Source: Iphione sp. A-MEVVRFRX5
Lineage: Eukaryota
DNA length: 64,000 nucleotides
NCBI GenBank assembly: GCA_976226885.1
Contig: OZ320314.1
Location: forward strand, 68,820,001-68,884,000
Direction: 5' to 3'
The position numbers and the translations under genes are program-made. Under the pieces are notes generated by a model that was given only the letters and a program-made list of their open reading frames with translations, was not told the origin of the DNA and did not search any database. Within the stretch, counting starts at the first letter, position 1. Every line of letters starts with the position of its first letter. Below are positions 21,741 to 35,000 of this stretch, piece by piece.

Positions 21741-24700
21741 ACATCAATATTCTCTACCCTCTACCTGTGTTCCTCCTTTATGTACTCTACCCAAAACTCT
21801 GATCAGAAAACATCATTCCTGTCTCCTTTTTTCTCAGCTCAGTCGCCATGCCTGTATGCCTGCTTTCAGTTTACATGCATGTACCTCTTCTCACTGTGTC
21901 TGTCTTACCGTCTGGATGTTCGTGGATCTATCCTCGGCTGTCTTTGTTCTGCCTGCCTGCCTGCCTGGCTGTCTATATCTCTATCTCTCTTCCTCGTTGT
22001 CTCTGTCAGTGTTAACTTCTTCATAACCTTGTTCTGCTTTATTACGACCTTAGTTTTACCTGGCCACAATTCCGGTGTGTACACATGAAACATACTTTAC
22101 TAGATTGAATTCATGGAAAATCCATGAATAATGCACATGTATGTCAAACTGAACTGACCATAAATATCCGACTATAATGGGTTTCACTCAGCAACAGCAA
22201 TACAGGTATACCTCTGTTAACAAAGTAGATGTGCTCATTGATGTCGCTGCCTTGTTGAAAATTTCGCAATCAGCGGTATTCCGGGTTAACTTTTCATTAT
22301 TTTTTACTGGATATGTGTCCTCAAGCCACAAAGTATACAGTAAAAAAAACCCTTCGTTATCAGGAGGTTTTGTTCTCAGAGGATGTACAATTGATATACC
22401 TGTAATTATCCTATTAGAGTAACCGTGAAAATGGGTGAAACTTCATAATTTATACTTTGACTTAAAGTATAGGTGGATCTTAACGGGGACTCTGGGAATG
22501 AAGCTCCTGTATAACGAAGCTGATTTTCTGTTCAAAATCTGTGGCCTGAGGCCACTTTTATCACCTTAGAACAAAAACTATAGAATTGTAGGTATAAAAT
22601 GGTATTCTAATCAATATTAAGTCAGAAGCATTAGAAATTCGTAAAGGAATGATGTACCTCAGATAAAAAAAGTTTCCCACAACGAAGTGATATCAAAGAA
22701 TGCATCCACTCAGAGTATTGTAGTATCTGTGGATGCTATACCTGTGGAAGTAATTCCTTACATGCACCTAGCTGATATATATTGGTCTGCTATTCGGGTA
22801 ACATTGTTTCGTTTGACGAAATCAAACCCTGGAGTACTAATATATAGATTTGCAATGAGTAATACCACATTAAACCGCCTGTAGTTAGTCTAACACAAGA
22901 AAACAGGATTTGACGTGCACTAACTTTATTGCCGTTTGATGTCGATTAAAAAGAACAAAAACTTTTATAGTCTAGGTTACATGCAGCATACATCCAGATA
23001 CCTCTGAAACATTATTTCTATGCAGGAATGGTTCAAGCAAATATGTACATGTACTATATGTATATATAATTTAGCTTGTGGTCGTATCTGGGAGAAACTG
23101 TTTACGGACGACTGTCATGTAAGCACAACATAGAGCTTTTTAGTCCAATTTCGTCTACAGTTGACAGATGGTACATGGACACACTAAGCCACTGTTTTAA
23201 TCATGTGCTGTAGATGTTCGATTTTACTGATACAGATTTTGGATCCGTTGTTCGATTTCCACTAAGTGCGAATCACGAACGTGATCGACTTTATATCGCC
23301 TGTTTTACATCTTTTTTTTCTCGCAAACATAGGAGCAAGAATTATTTTGGTAGTCTAAATTTGGGGATATATTGTTTTACAATATTTCTTTTTAAAAAGG
23401 GATTTCTCAGCACCGTTCTCTAATGAAGTGAAGCGGGCATAGTGTAGGGGATGGATGGCAGCTGTTGTTATTAGTTCTTTTTTCTCTTATACCTGGACAT
23501 CTCTGAACGTGCATGGCATACACAGAAGATTGTACGTTCGGAAAAATAGATGTCATAAGCTAGACATGTGATAGTGTGCTTTGCGGCTATACCGGCCGCC
23601 GTTCATTACAACCGTTCGATATCCCCCGCTGCTTTGAATGCATCCTTCATCAATGGGCGGGTGGTTAAATGTCGTCTGTTTTTTCCCAGGCAGAGATGTC
23701 TTGCTTTGTGTTAGGGGAAAAAACAGACGATTCGCCTTGGTGATGAGCGGGATATACGATCGCTCACCAACATACATACGTACGCACACCGACATACATA
23801 GATGAACACAGACAAAACTACGTTCCCGTGAGTAGGCAGTGCTATTCATCTCGTTAGGGACTGAAATGATGCCAGCAGATTTGATAATTTACAGAGCGCT
23901 CCGAGTCCTTTGAAAACCTCTCTATATTCGAAAAAGTAGGATATGGACCCGCGAGAACAATGCCCATCATAGTTGCCATGATGACAAACTAGTTGATGCA
24001 CTTCCAATTGCAGGGAACGTCCATGCTAGGGTGCCGCGCCTTTTGTCCTGCAGTCGGCTGCTTTCATGTCTGCTTTCTACGCTTAACGTGGACATTTGAC
24101 AGCCTTTATATAATTAAGTAATCATCAGTCACACCCATTAGTTTCCTGTCCTATTCTATAAATTGTTTCATTCGTATTCACAACTTTAATGCGGGTATTT
24201 CAACAAACTGGTCAGTATCGTCTTTGGTATAGATTTTTTTATGAAAACCAAATTTGATCTGGGTCCTGTTCAAAGGGAAAACAAACCGAACTGATTTATA
24301 AGATAGACGCCATTTCGCCTCGGTGCTTTAAATGGCCCTTTTTATAAGCCTGCAGCCAGTTTATGGCAGGTTTCCTCCTGAGTTTACGTGTATATCTTGC
24401 ATGCATTTTCTTGTATAAATATTTATTCAAGTTATGTACATGTACATGTCTCTGTGTGGGACTAAGCATATCCGGCAAATGTCCTGCTCTAGAGCAGTTA
24501 TCAGACCTGCCAAGAATCGCTGCACGCAACGATTACCATTGACAAAAGAGGACAGGTCCTCCCTGGAGATAGGATCGATCTCCTAACCCCCCCCCCCTAT
24601 ATATACATGTATAGTCAAGCTAGCTCCGTCTCCACCAGGCATACCCATAGTTAAAACGTCTCTTATCTCAGCAGACCGAAGAAAAACCTTGTCCTTTGCG

Positions 24701-27700
24701 GTGCGAAAATTGTATCCTACTGAGTGATGCAATGTGGCAAAAACAAATGACAACGAGCTCATCGTGTGTGGAAAGATGAGTATGCCCTATCTTGATGGGA
24801 GAGATTCAGTCTCTAGGCCAAAGGCAGGCATGTTATTCTTTTACAAGTACAAATACATATCTTTTTATGAGCAGAGAAAAATGTTCTCTTGCAACAGCTC
24901 ATTAAATTTTGACTGGTATCCTCAATTTTATCCGATGCGTTGACTAATGCCATATTTAATGCACTTTCTCCCATGAAGACTTAAGTACTGCATGTTCTGC
25001 TGTGTGTGCCTTATTCGCTTCTCTTTAACAGCTATAAAATCTGTCAATCCATCTGCCATACATCGACATTGTTTACTTAGTAAGCCGTTGGCGCATATTG
25101 GATCATTTACTCCATTGAGGCCCCATTTCCTTCACCATACAGAACTAATGTTGATATACGATCCTGCTTGGCGAACACGGCGCGGCACATTTGTCCTCAT
25201 TATTATGTCCATAGCTTTCTCATCTGGGGCTGCGTTCTTCGTTCGTATGTGTGTCAATTTTCTTCCTTTAGATACGATTGGTTAGTGTTACTGTCGATTG
25301 CCTGGATTATAAACTACCTTTGAAATGACTACCACGGAAGGAAGTTGTTCCGAAACGATACTACTGTGAACTGGCAAGTCGGTTTGAATGTTCCTCTCCA
25401 AATCTATAATGTATTACTCTAAGGACTGATTTTGTCATCTCAGTAACTCTGTTACAGAAGGCTAGAAAATTGTTCATCTGGTATGTCCATAGGACGTATT
25501 ACCCACACTTTGCGTTAAAGTATAGAACTTTGCGAAGCACAGGCAAATTTTGTTAATGCCGTCAGCACTTTGAAATTACCCAGTATGGCCATGGCTGAGT
25601 GACGTCCTGTCAATTTAGTTAAGCACACGTGTTGTCCATGCATTTTCCATGCGTTCAGTCTTGTTCTAAATTATTCCTGGATATTATGTATCCCGACAAA
25701 TTATGCCATCATTCCTTTTCTGTACGTTTCATCACGTGCCTCTAGAGCAACACTCCTTACCAAATGCATTTGAAGTCTGTTAGTCAATTGCTAGAGTACG
25801 ATTCATCATTATATGGCATCTTCCCGCTGGAAGGCATCCCTACATCCCAAAATAACTTGCCCCCTCCCCCTAGTCGTCGTGAAGTGGGCCCGGACACGTC
25901 CATTATCGTATCTTTGTGTCACAACGAATCAAGATATGCATCTTTCTGAAGCAGTTGTCGGAGCAGCTCCCTTTCTTGGTTTTGTCCCCTGTTGCCTACC
26001 ATTCCTTTGCACCCAGGTCACCTTTTGTATCCTTTGACGCGTGTCAGGAGGCTTTCGCCAGGTATGGGCAGGTCGTACGGACACGCCATAGGGACATTAG
26101 CACCGGCTTCCGAAGGCAGCGCCATAGCCTTTGCCACTCAGTCACTGTGTTCGTTGATCTTCCAAATCCGGGAAATACAGTGAACATTCTTTACCGTTTT
26201 GATATCAAAGTTAACGCTTTCATTTGCCATCCCCATCCTCTATGTTGATCCTTTTATCTGCCGCCGATGCGTGTATCTGCTTGGCTTGTGCTCTCTGTCT
26301 ATATCAGCCTGACGTCACACAATCAGTTAAGTCAGTCATCGGGTCACTCAGTCTGTGTCACAAACGTTTGTGTCTGTCATAATCTCTCAGGTCGCTAGCT
26401 TGATAAGTTACACAGCTGTCTTTGTCACCAGATTTCTAGTTCTTCATGTTACTTCGTTGTGTAATTTCTTCCACTCCATACTATATATGTGAACGCGTAT
26501 ACGTCATCTTCCGAGTATCCGGTGCTTTTCTCCCATTGCCTTGTGCCCATAATGAATGCAACTATATTAATAGAACGATAGAAATGTGTGTCTGTGTGCA
26601 GGACTGATCTGTAGAAGGTACTCGGACAGATAGGATTGCATTGCTGGTTTCGATGACTGAGTTTTTTTAGTAACCCATAAGTACTATAAGGATTCCAGCT
26701 ATGCTTCCAGTTTCATTTAAATGGATCATGTTTTATATTTTTGGCCGATAGAGTCAGTATCAAATGCCAACTGAATAACAACAGGTTGTCCATTTTGGTG
26801 ATTCTATATTATACATGTACATGTAGTTATATTGAAATGGAAGGTTCCTTGCAGTGGTGCGGTATCCAGTTGGTTATGTAATCACAGTCACATCATTTAC
26901 TTATCCTAGTTTAGGAGCACACAGCCAGTGAGGATCAGCCGTTCACACCCTGATAACCGAACTGCAAGCATCACCTCAAGACCAAGAACAGAGGGAACAT
27001 CCTACATATATAAGTCAATCAGACAACAGTCTGTGGATGCTTATTGGACCACAAATGCTTTGAGAGCTGCAAGGAATTTTAGTAGCATGAGATTGAATTA
27101 TTTTGCACTGCAGCATTCCATAGATATATATGTAAATTTATACGGCCTAAAGAAGTAAGTACATTTCTGTAAATTATACGTGTATATCTATTTCATCCCC
27201 TGCCATAAACGGTCGCTGCATACACACGTTTCAGGATACTGATTGCTGCCTCATAATTCACTCGGTATGAGGTTCATTCCGGAGAAGACGATGGAGGTAG
27301 ACAGTAATGAAATAAACCAATTAGGCAAGACAGATACTGATGAACAGCCTAGTGGTAAAACTATGCAATAATCAATCTTTAGGGCAAAGGAAGCTGGAGC
27401 TATGTGGTAATAGCGTATTGAGGATGCCTTTGAAATTTGGCGGAAAGGGGGTCAGGATTCTTCGAGAAATTCCGCAGTGCTCTATTTTGTATGTTATACT
27501 TCCTATGGAACACTTCTGAAAATAATATGTGCGAACTTAGTTGCACACTCGTACCCAATTGATGAGAAAAGGGGATAGTTAGGTGGTGTCTCTGTAATTT
27601 ATCGATGGCTGCAGCACGTTTCTTGCCATACCTGGCCTGCACCGTACCCAAGTGAAGCCGCTCTCACGTTAGTGACTTGCTAACTTAATACACTTGTTTC

Positions 27701-28745
27701 GGGCGAGACTCGTCCAATGTTTAAAAAATTAACTAAAAACAGATATATCTCTGCTTCTCATCACTGCCATCACTAGATAACCGTATGTCAACCACCACTA
27801 TACCAAATTGGCGTAAATCAATGAAATACGATAGAAGTGTTAAGAGATAATATAGGGTGAATCTTCACATTGGAAGGTACAAGACGGTTGAGGAGTGAGT
27901 CGATTATAGAACAAGTTAATGACTTGGACACGGAACCAAACATCTAGCCCCTACCTTTTTCGTGTTTTGAATGAACTGGTTTTGGGCCTTGAATGTTAAG
28001 TATACTAAGTGAAGGCCAACTAATCAAACTGACATTCTTTTTATGCTTGATGTATATGTACAACTGTCCATGTGGAAGGTTATGGGAGAGATATATAGAG
28101 TAGAAAGTAGAAAGTCTCGGGATATCCTTGGTTCTCTCTCAAACTGTCCCAAAATGAGACTTGTCCCTGTTGGAGACTTCTTTTATATAGGGAAAGTATA
28201 ATCTGTTCGTGACATGGATGTCACTATAAGAGGCGTGTTCCTATACTGGCTTTCTATTGTATTGTATATAGAATAATTATCCTTGTAATCGTAAAGGAAA
28301 TGACAACTGCGCAATGTTGCATCCCATCCATCGTAGACTTTTTCGAAAGACTCTTTTGTCCTCTCTGCTTTTTTACCAAGGCGCCAGTAGCCCAAAGCAG
28401 GCGTTATATTCAGGGGGTGCATACAAGTGCAAATATACATTTATCATGTATACTTGTAATTTATGTATGGACGCCCTTTTGTGCGTGGTCGGTCGTTTGT
28501 AATGATATTATGTTTCAGTCAATGATTAGCTTCGATTGGTGTTTCTTTTTTATACCTTGCCAAGGTGCAGACGTTTTTTTCGTACCCAACGCAAGCCTCT
28601 TGCTCTTGTTTTGCATCTTGCCTGTTACCCTAATTCAAGGTCGCTCCAGGTGATCACAGATGAGAAGTTTCCTAAGTGCGAAGCGATCGATCTATATATT
28701 AGCATCAACAGATACCACCATACTCTAAAATAACTACATGTACTC

Positions 28746-28781
28746 CAAACCAGTGCCATCTTATGGCAAACCAGTGCCATC
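28746..28781. repeat. Short tandem duplication (15 bp, 21-bp period)
   Basis: caaaccagtgccatc occurs at 28746 and 28767. Confidence 0.8.
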
Positions 28782-31478
28782 GGTATTCCATAAGACGTTT
28801 ACTACATTATGTTGGGAGGTCAAGACCAAAGAGCAACCGCATCGTTAAGCTAGCAGAAAACGCTTCCTCAAACGTAACTTCTTCAGCCGACGTTTACGCA
28901 GAACAAAGGAGTAAAGAAAGACTACGTTGGATATAGTGTATCGCCCTTAACCCTTTCATCGCTTTGGTACCGGTTCGATGAAAGGCCTTTGGGACGTGTA
29001 TAATGCCCGGACAGGCGTTTCCTTCCATCCATTGAGAACTAACCTGCCTCCCAGTATCAATGAATAGGCGCACGAATTGCCTACTGACCTATGGACGCCC
29101 ATAACCCGAGAGATAGGAAGTGAAATACCCTATCAATGAAACAGCTTCACCTTATTATCCATGAGGCATTTCAATGGATCCTCTATGTAAAGAAAAGGCA
29201 TCTTATCTTGTTTGATTTGATTGCATTCTTTTTTATACCTCTGTTTTGATTTAGACTGTGGACTTTTTTACTGGCATCTTGACTTCCCCTTATGGATTAA
29301 AGCAACCTGGCACTTGCATCTAATTTTTTAAAACAAGCTTTTATCTCACGGAATCCATGAGTGAGTTTCGGTATACGGTTACTTCGCCCAGTGTCGATAT
29401 TTTGTTGTCTCTTGATCCTTTCTCATATTAATTTAAGCCGCTGTGATCCTCATCCGATGAAATTATATCACATGTTATGATGGCAGCTGTACCATTGATG
29501 AATTGCGGATAATACATCGGATTGCTAAGAGTTAGTAGGTGTCTTTCCTGCTAAGAGCAGGATCTACATTTGCTTCCTTGCACTCTATGCACCCCGCATG
29601 GTGAGAGAAATGCCCACTAAAACAACATTCACAACGCAATGCATGTACCTGCTTACATGTTGCCGCCAGACTACATCAAGTGGCACGTTCTTGCGCTCTG
29701 CTGTAATTTTTTTTCTCGCTTCCCCGCCCCCACACCCTCCTCTCTCGATTGGGACCAGGGCGCCTCGGAGAATTCCCTGGTGTGCACTCGGTCGGTTGTG
29801 GTGCTTGAAAGCGGAGCCGCTCGCAGAATCCCGAAGCATTCTCATAACGCTGTAAATATTGGCGTGTTTGAACGACGAGAAAACCCAACCAACTCAACCC
29901 TCTCACCCCCACCAAAAAAATGTCCTTTTTTCTCCTTATGCTCACTAGCGTAAACACAGAATGTGGAGCCGACGTAGATCCAGCTAACAGAGACACACAA
30001 AGGTTGCCTATAAACTCTTGTAAGTTTGTGTTGGGAAGCTAGTTTCAATTTTCAAATGTGTTTGACTCTTGTGTGCCTCGGCAAATCTTTCTTCAAACAC
30101 TTGGTTACAGTTATTACGGTTTGTCCAATTCTGTGTGGAAATTTAATTTAGTGGAAATATTGATCAATACACATTAATGATTTTTTGGAGTTAATCTGCT
30201 TTTGTGGTTGGGAAGCTTTTTTGTGTCTGTACTGTAATCCTGCTTGTTTTAGTCACAGGGTCATGCTGACCGCTGGTGGAACTTTACACCATGCGTACTC
30301 GCAATTTCGCTACACCCATCCAGGCGGATATCTGGATTGGAAACGTCAGGAAATACTAATAGTAACAGTAATTTATTCAGCTACACGTAGTTTTAATGCA
30401 TTTTTTTTGCAAAATGGTTCCAAATGGTTCCCGAGTTATCTGAAACATTATTAACCGATCGCCTAATGTTGTGTCTTCAGATTTGCATCCAAATTAAGGA
30501 GAATTTATTTTGTATGACTCCAGTGACGAGAAACAGCATAAGAATACTTTGACAGCACAGCACAAGTGTGTATAGCTTCTACCTAGAGTATCATCGACGA
30601 TGACCCATAGATGAGGAACATCTGACAAATATTTTAACTTGCAGCGAATGAACATTTTTTTTCTCCATGTATATATAGGAATATATTGTGGTATCTTTAC
30701 TAGCTATAGAGAAATGGCATGTTAAACTAAATATTGTCAGGTCAGTCTTTTTGTAGCGCAGCATTCTGTGCCACCATGCACTCGCACGACAATGGGTCAG
30801 GTTAGAATTAAATAATATCTACATTTATGACATGCGCAAATGCTGAAGTACATACATGTAAATACAATGTATATGTTCCTACCCACAGCTTTAGTTCCTT
30901 TTGCCTGGCTGCCAATAAATATAAACGATTAGAATTGATTTAAATATATTCTAATAGATATGGGCATTTAGCACTCAACAAATAAGGTATTTCGGCTTTA
31001 AAAGGCACTGGAACTGCTATCATCTGTGGTCCCTCCTCGCCCACGATACAGATTACAAAGTCTCCTTTGTTCGCTTACACAACATGGTCGTTTTGATTAG
31101 AGTATTAGTTGGAACTTCTGCTACAAGCACAGCATTATCAGAAAGGACACACGCATGGCAGTGTCAACTGCTGTAACGGACCCCGTCTCAGTGACGTTAC
31201 GAAACAACATCAATATTTTGTCAACGAATTAGTTCGTTACACATGAGTGGGCTCTTCCGGATGCCTCCTCCCTCGGAGGCTACTGCCGTTCTACTCTCAT
31301 CGACCAGCTATGACCTTGGCACACACTGACCATTTTAGTATGCTGACATTTTCGGTTTTCACCGTAATGGAGTAAATAGCCAAATGCTTGGCATTTTTGG
31401 ACTATTCTTTACATTTGTAAGATTACTCCAGAGTACATCAGCTAGTAGGCATGCGTGTGGTCATCCACCAGAGTCGAG

Positions 31479-32050
31479 GACAATGACAATGACAATGATT
31501 TTATTTCTCTAAAAAGCCCCTTTTCAGGGTATGAGAGAACAGTTACATACAGAGACGATGTACATGTTATAAAACTATGGAACCAGTGACACACAGAGAT
31601 TATTTATATATAACCAGCACCATGATTTGGTCAGCACCATGAGTTGATCACAGTTTACATGCATCATTTTGATCTTTTACTTGTAGCACCATCTTCTAGT
31701 TTAAGTGAAATTTCAATTTTTGCTCAGTGGGTTTCGGAAAGTAAGACGTGATTATCTTTATGAATCTGGCTGTTTGGGTTAATACTTTTACATCCTTACA
31801 GTTGAATAATAGAGACATTTTGATGACATTGGGTCTAGTTCTGAAATATTTCCCAATATACTTTTCTGTATGTTCCTTCATGGCTGGACAGACGAGTATG
31901 TAGTGAAATTCACCTGCCTGTTCATTAGTCTTACATAGGGGGGCAAGGTATAAATCAATGGTCAGTGCAAATTCTACTTCTACTGATTGGTAGTTTATAG
32001 TCACCACATTGAAACTTACTTAAGAGAATTCTGTTTCTTACGTCTACACT
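31479..32050 (-). mobile_element. 5'-truncated non-LTR retrotransposon (RTEX/CR1-type) 3' end, decayed
   Basis: The minus strand translates to RILLSKFQCGDYKLPI, then after a frameshift to CPLCKTNEQAGEFHYILVCP...YFRTRPNVIKMSLLFN...TARFIKII, the C-terminal (G)DEFHY-C signature of such ORF2 proteins. A 3' UTR follows and ends in AATAAA plus a (CATTGT)3 tail at 31479-31506. The 5' boundary is approximate. Confidence 0.8.
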
Positions 32051-35000
32051 GGTTATAGATTGCTCCAGGCCTGCCTCGTGTTTGAAATTACGGTAATTTG
32101 TGCATAACTTGTTTCTATCGACTTCTGCTTTCCAATTTTGAGCATCTATATCCCACAGTCTGAGATCTATTTACTGTAAATGACTGTTGAGTGTAAATGA
32201 CGTGGCGAATTCTCCCGCACCAATTACGATAGTATCTGTGGAGTGCTACTTCAAAAAAAGATATTGGATCCAAATAGCCGGAAAGTCTCAAACAATCCCA
32301 ACATATCAATAGCCTTGATATAATGACCTCAGGATTACCAGGCATCGTGCAAGCGGCAGACATACAAAACTATGCTTTCGGCATAATTCGTCGAATAACT
32401 AGTCTTGAAAGAACTCACTCACCTCCCCTGCTCCTGGGCAACCCTGCGAATCACGCGTTAACACTTTAATTTGTTGTCGCCCTTAAATTTATCTCTGAAG
32501 GATTTAAAAGTCCAAGCCTCGGTCACTTCTTGCTTTAATGGATAACATGCCCTTTGGCCTCTAATGTAGTAATTTTATCGCTACACTCCCTTATTGTCCA
32601 TGGGCGTAAGCCCGTTGCACACAGGGCAGCTGCCAATCTCAAAAATCAAAGTAGACAGTTACAGTCAGTTATGAAGCATTTGTAACAGTCATCTAGTAAA
32701 ACGCCGAACTGAAGACCTCTAGATTAGGAGACCAGCAGTCGAGTACTAATTGTACCGGCCCCGCTCGCGTGGGGGAGTCAGGCAACAGCTGGGCCGCTCC
32801 CATGTCCTCGTACGTTTCTCCATCTTCGGACTCATTACTGTAGCATTATGTCACGGCGACTGAAGGGTCAGTAAACGGGCCCCCACTAGTATTTACTGAA
32901 GGCAAGCAGAAACCGCCGGCCGAAAGACAGACGCGCGCCAGAAATGTAGGGATGCTGTGCCCATTCATTCCACGTACACTTTCACTTATTCCAGGGAGGT
33001 CATCTTGTACATAAGGAAGGCTGCCGTGTCGATACTTACGTGTAATTACTACAGTGGTACTGTAAATTTTTCAATGAAGACTTTTTGGTCTGACTGGATA
33101 AGAAATTAGTCCGATTAAACAGGAAGCAATGCGTTTGGCTAGCACGCCATGTGCAATAAACGTCCCATCAATATTTAATAACTGACTTTATAAATCGCTA
33201 TGATATGGATTCCATGATGAAAGACTGTAAATAGAGCCGTACCAAAACGTTTTACGAAGGTTTTTGGCCTGAAATGGTGGCTGTACAAATTTCATGATGT
33301 GTCTGTATCCAATTGACAACAAATTAATCAGAAAAGGGTTAGACTTAAATGAAATACAGAGTAAAATAATATATTATTGTCATCATTAGTTTTTTCATAT
33401 GCCATTCTTTTAAGATAACTGACTAATGCTCATTAATGACATATTGAATTCAGCCTTTGCTTTGTGGGTAAAGACGGCTCATAAAGTCGAACAGTTGTCG
33501 ATTGCTAGAATGTTATCTGTTGTGAATGAACAGAGCACCGCATCAAGCAGCTTTTATTTGCTTTGGTGTTCGGTACATGTCTGAACCATGTTATGCTTCA
33601 GCTTCGTGTTTTTATGAGTCCATGCATACTGATAGGCTCAATTAGAGGCCGTGTATTGATCATGAGCGTATGCTTAGCCGGGGAGAGGTAAAATCGAAAT
33701 GTGCACCCTCATACCAAAATGGATATTCAGAGTGTGCTGAACTCCGAAGCTTGCAAGGAAGGTTTCTTATGTTTCATTGCTATTCTCAGGCCAGTGATTG
33801 CCTGCCACTAGGATATTTATTGGAGAGAAGTTATCATACTAGTACGGTTGACTAACAGAAATGTCTCTTCGCTCTCTCTGAATAAGATTTCCGATGTTCC
33901 TCATTAGTTTAAATCCCGCGAATGATACCTGTAATTAGAGGGAATCGTAAGACGTTAGGCCGTGGCAACAATGTACCCTCTTTTGTGCTTTTAAACTGTT
34001 TCTTTTCCCTGTCTTTGTACGCCAAGACGATCAGCCAATCATCTGCCAGATTGTTATTTGCCGGTGCAAAAAGGAATAACCACTGAAAACCAATGAAGTG
34101 TTTCACTCCCGGTCATTTGGTGATATTAAAATTTTTTTTAACAGAATATTTTTGAAAAATTCTCAAGGAGCCGGCCCCATCAATTCTGAACAATGACGCA
34201 ACAACACAAGTACCACTGGTTGGTCAGGCATGTAAGAATTCAGATATTGAAATTGCTGGCTTTGGACTGCGTCCTTTCGATGAACATTTTATTGGTGACC
34301 CTGATGAGGACCCCTTTGTACCTTGTAGGTGCAGCACTGTTTTGTTTAGCTCTCATGTACCTGCACTGTGTATGTTTTTGTTTATCTTTTGAATAGTTTA
34401 CATATATCCTATACACGTTTGACTTATGAATTTGATTCAACGGGGGAAACACTCATTCTGTTCAGGTCTGTGGTTGTTCAATCAGTTCGTAGTCTAATTG
34501 CTGTGAGGCCTTATAAATGAGCAGAAAATAAATAGGCACAACAATTGCTTGTTTTTAAAGAAATGATGAAAAAACAGTTATTTCCCATTGTGTGACAGAG
34601 GCCGATAACAGCTATAAATGTGTGTCATCTAGTGCAACGTTATTGTGATCAGTATAGATTAAAATTTGGTTGAATTTAGAATCAACAAAGGCAGGGTGCT
34701 TCTCACGAAAAACTAAAGCCTGTATAAACCTTTCCATGACAAAATCGTTTGCATCCAGGAGTGATGACACACACTTTATTTCTGTATGATTTTCAGACCA
34801 ACAACACTATCAGCTCCATTCCCGTTTAGCGAAATGGTTTCAGAGGTCAAGAAGAGAACAAACAGCTGTTTGATTAGTCCGTCGTCCATTGTTATGCTGC
34901 CTCAAGGCTGCTTACATTAGAGGAAACATATTGTCCTTCTATAATGTCACTTTGCTGTTTCTTGTGTCGAGGTGCTACTATTGTGTTATAACGCAAAAAT

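Noticed and set aside
21477-22088. 203-aa and 136-aa ORFs
   Set aside because: CT-rich, degenerate-repeat sequence giving Ser/Leu/Pro-biased peptides, with no motifs or splice support.
28952-28985. 10-bp hairpin CCTTTCATCG/CGATGAAAGG after TTAACCC
   Set aside because: About one such stem is expected by chance in 64 kb, and I found no matching distal piggyBac end.
32417-32424. Perfect minus-strand donor AG|GTGAGT (also at 60053-60060) as 5' UTR exon ends
   Set aside because: An 8-mer occurs once or twice by chance in a window this size. It cannot be assigned without transcript data.
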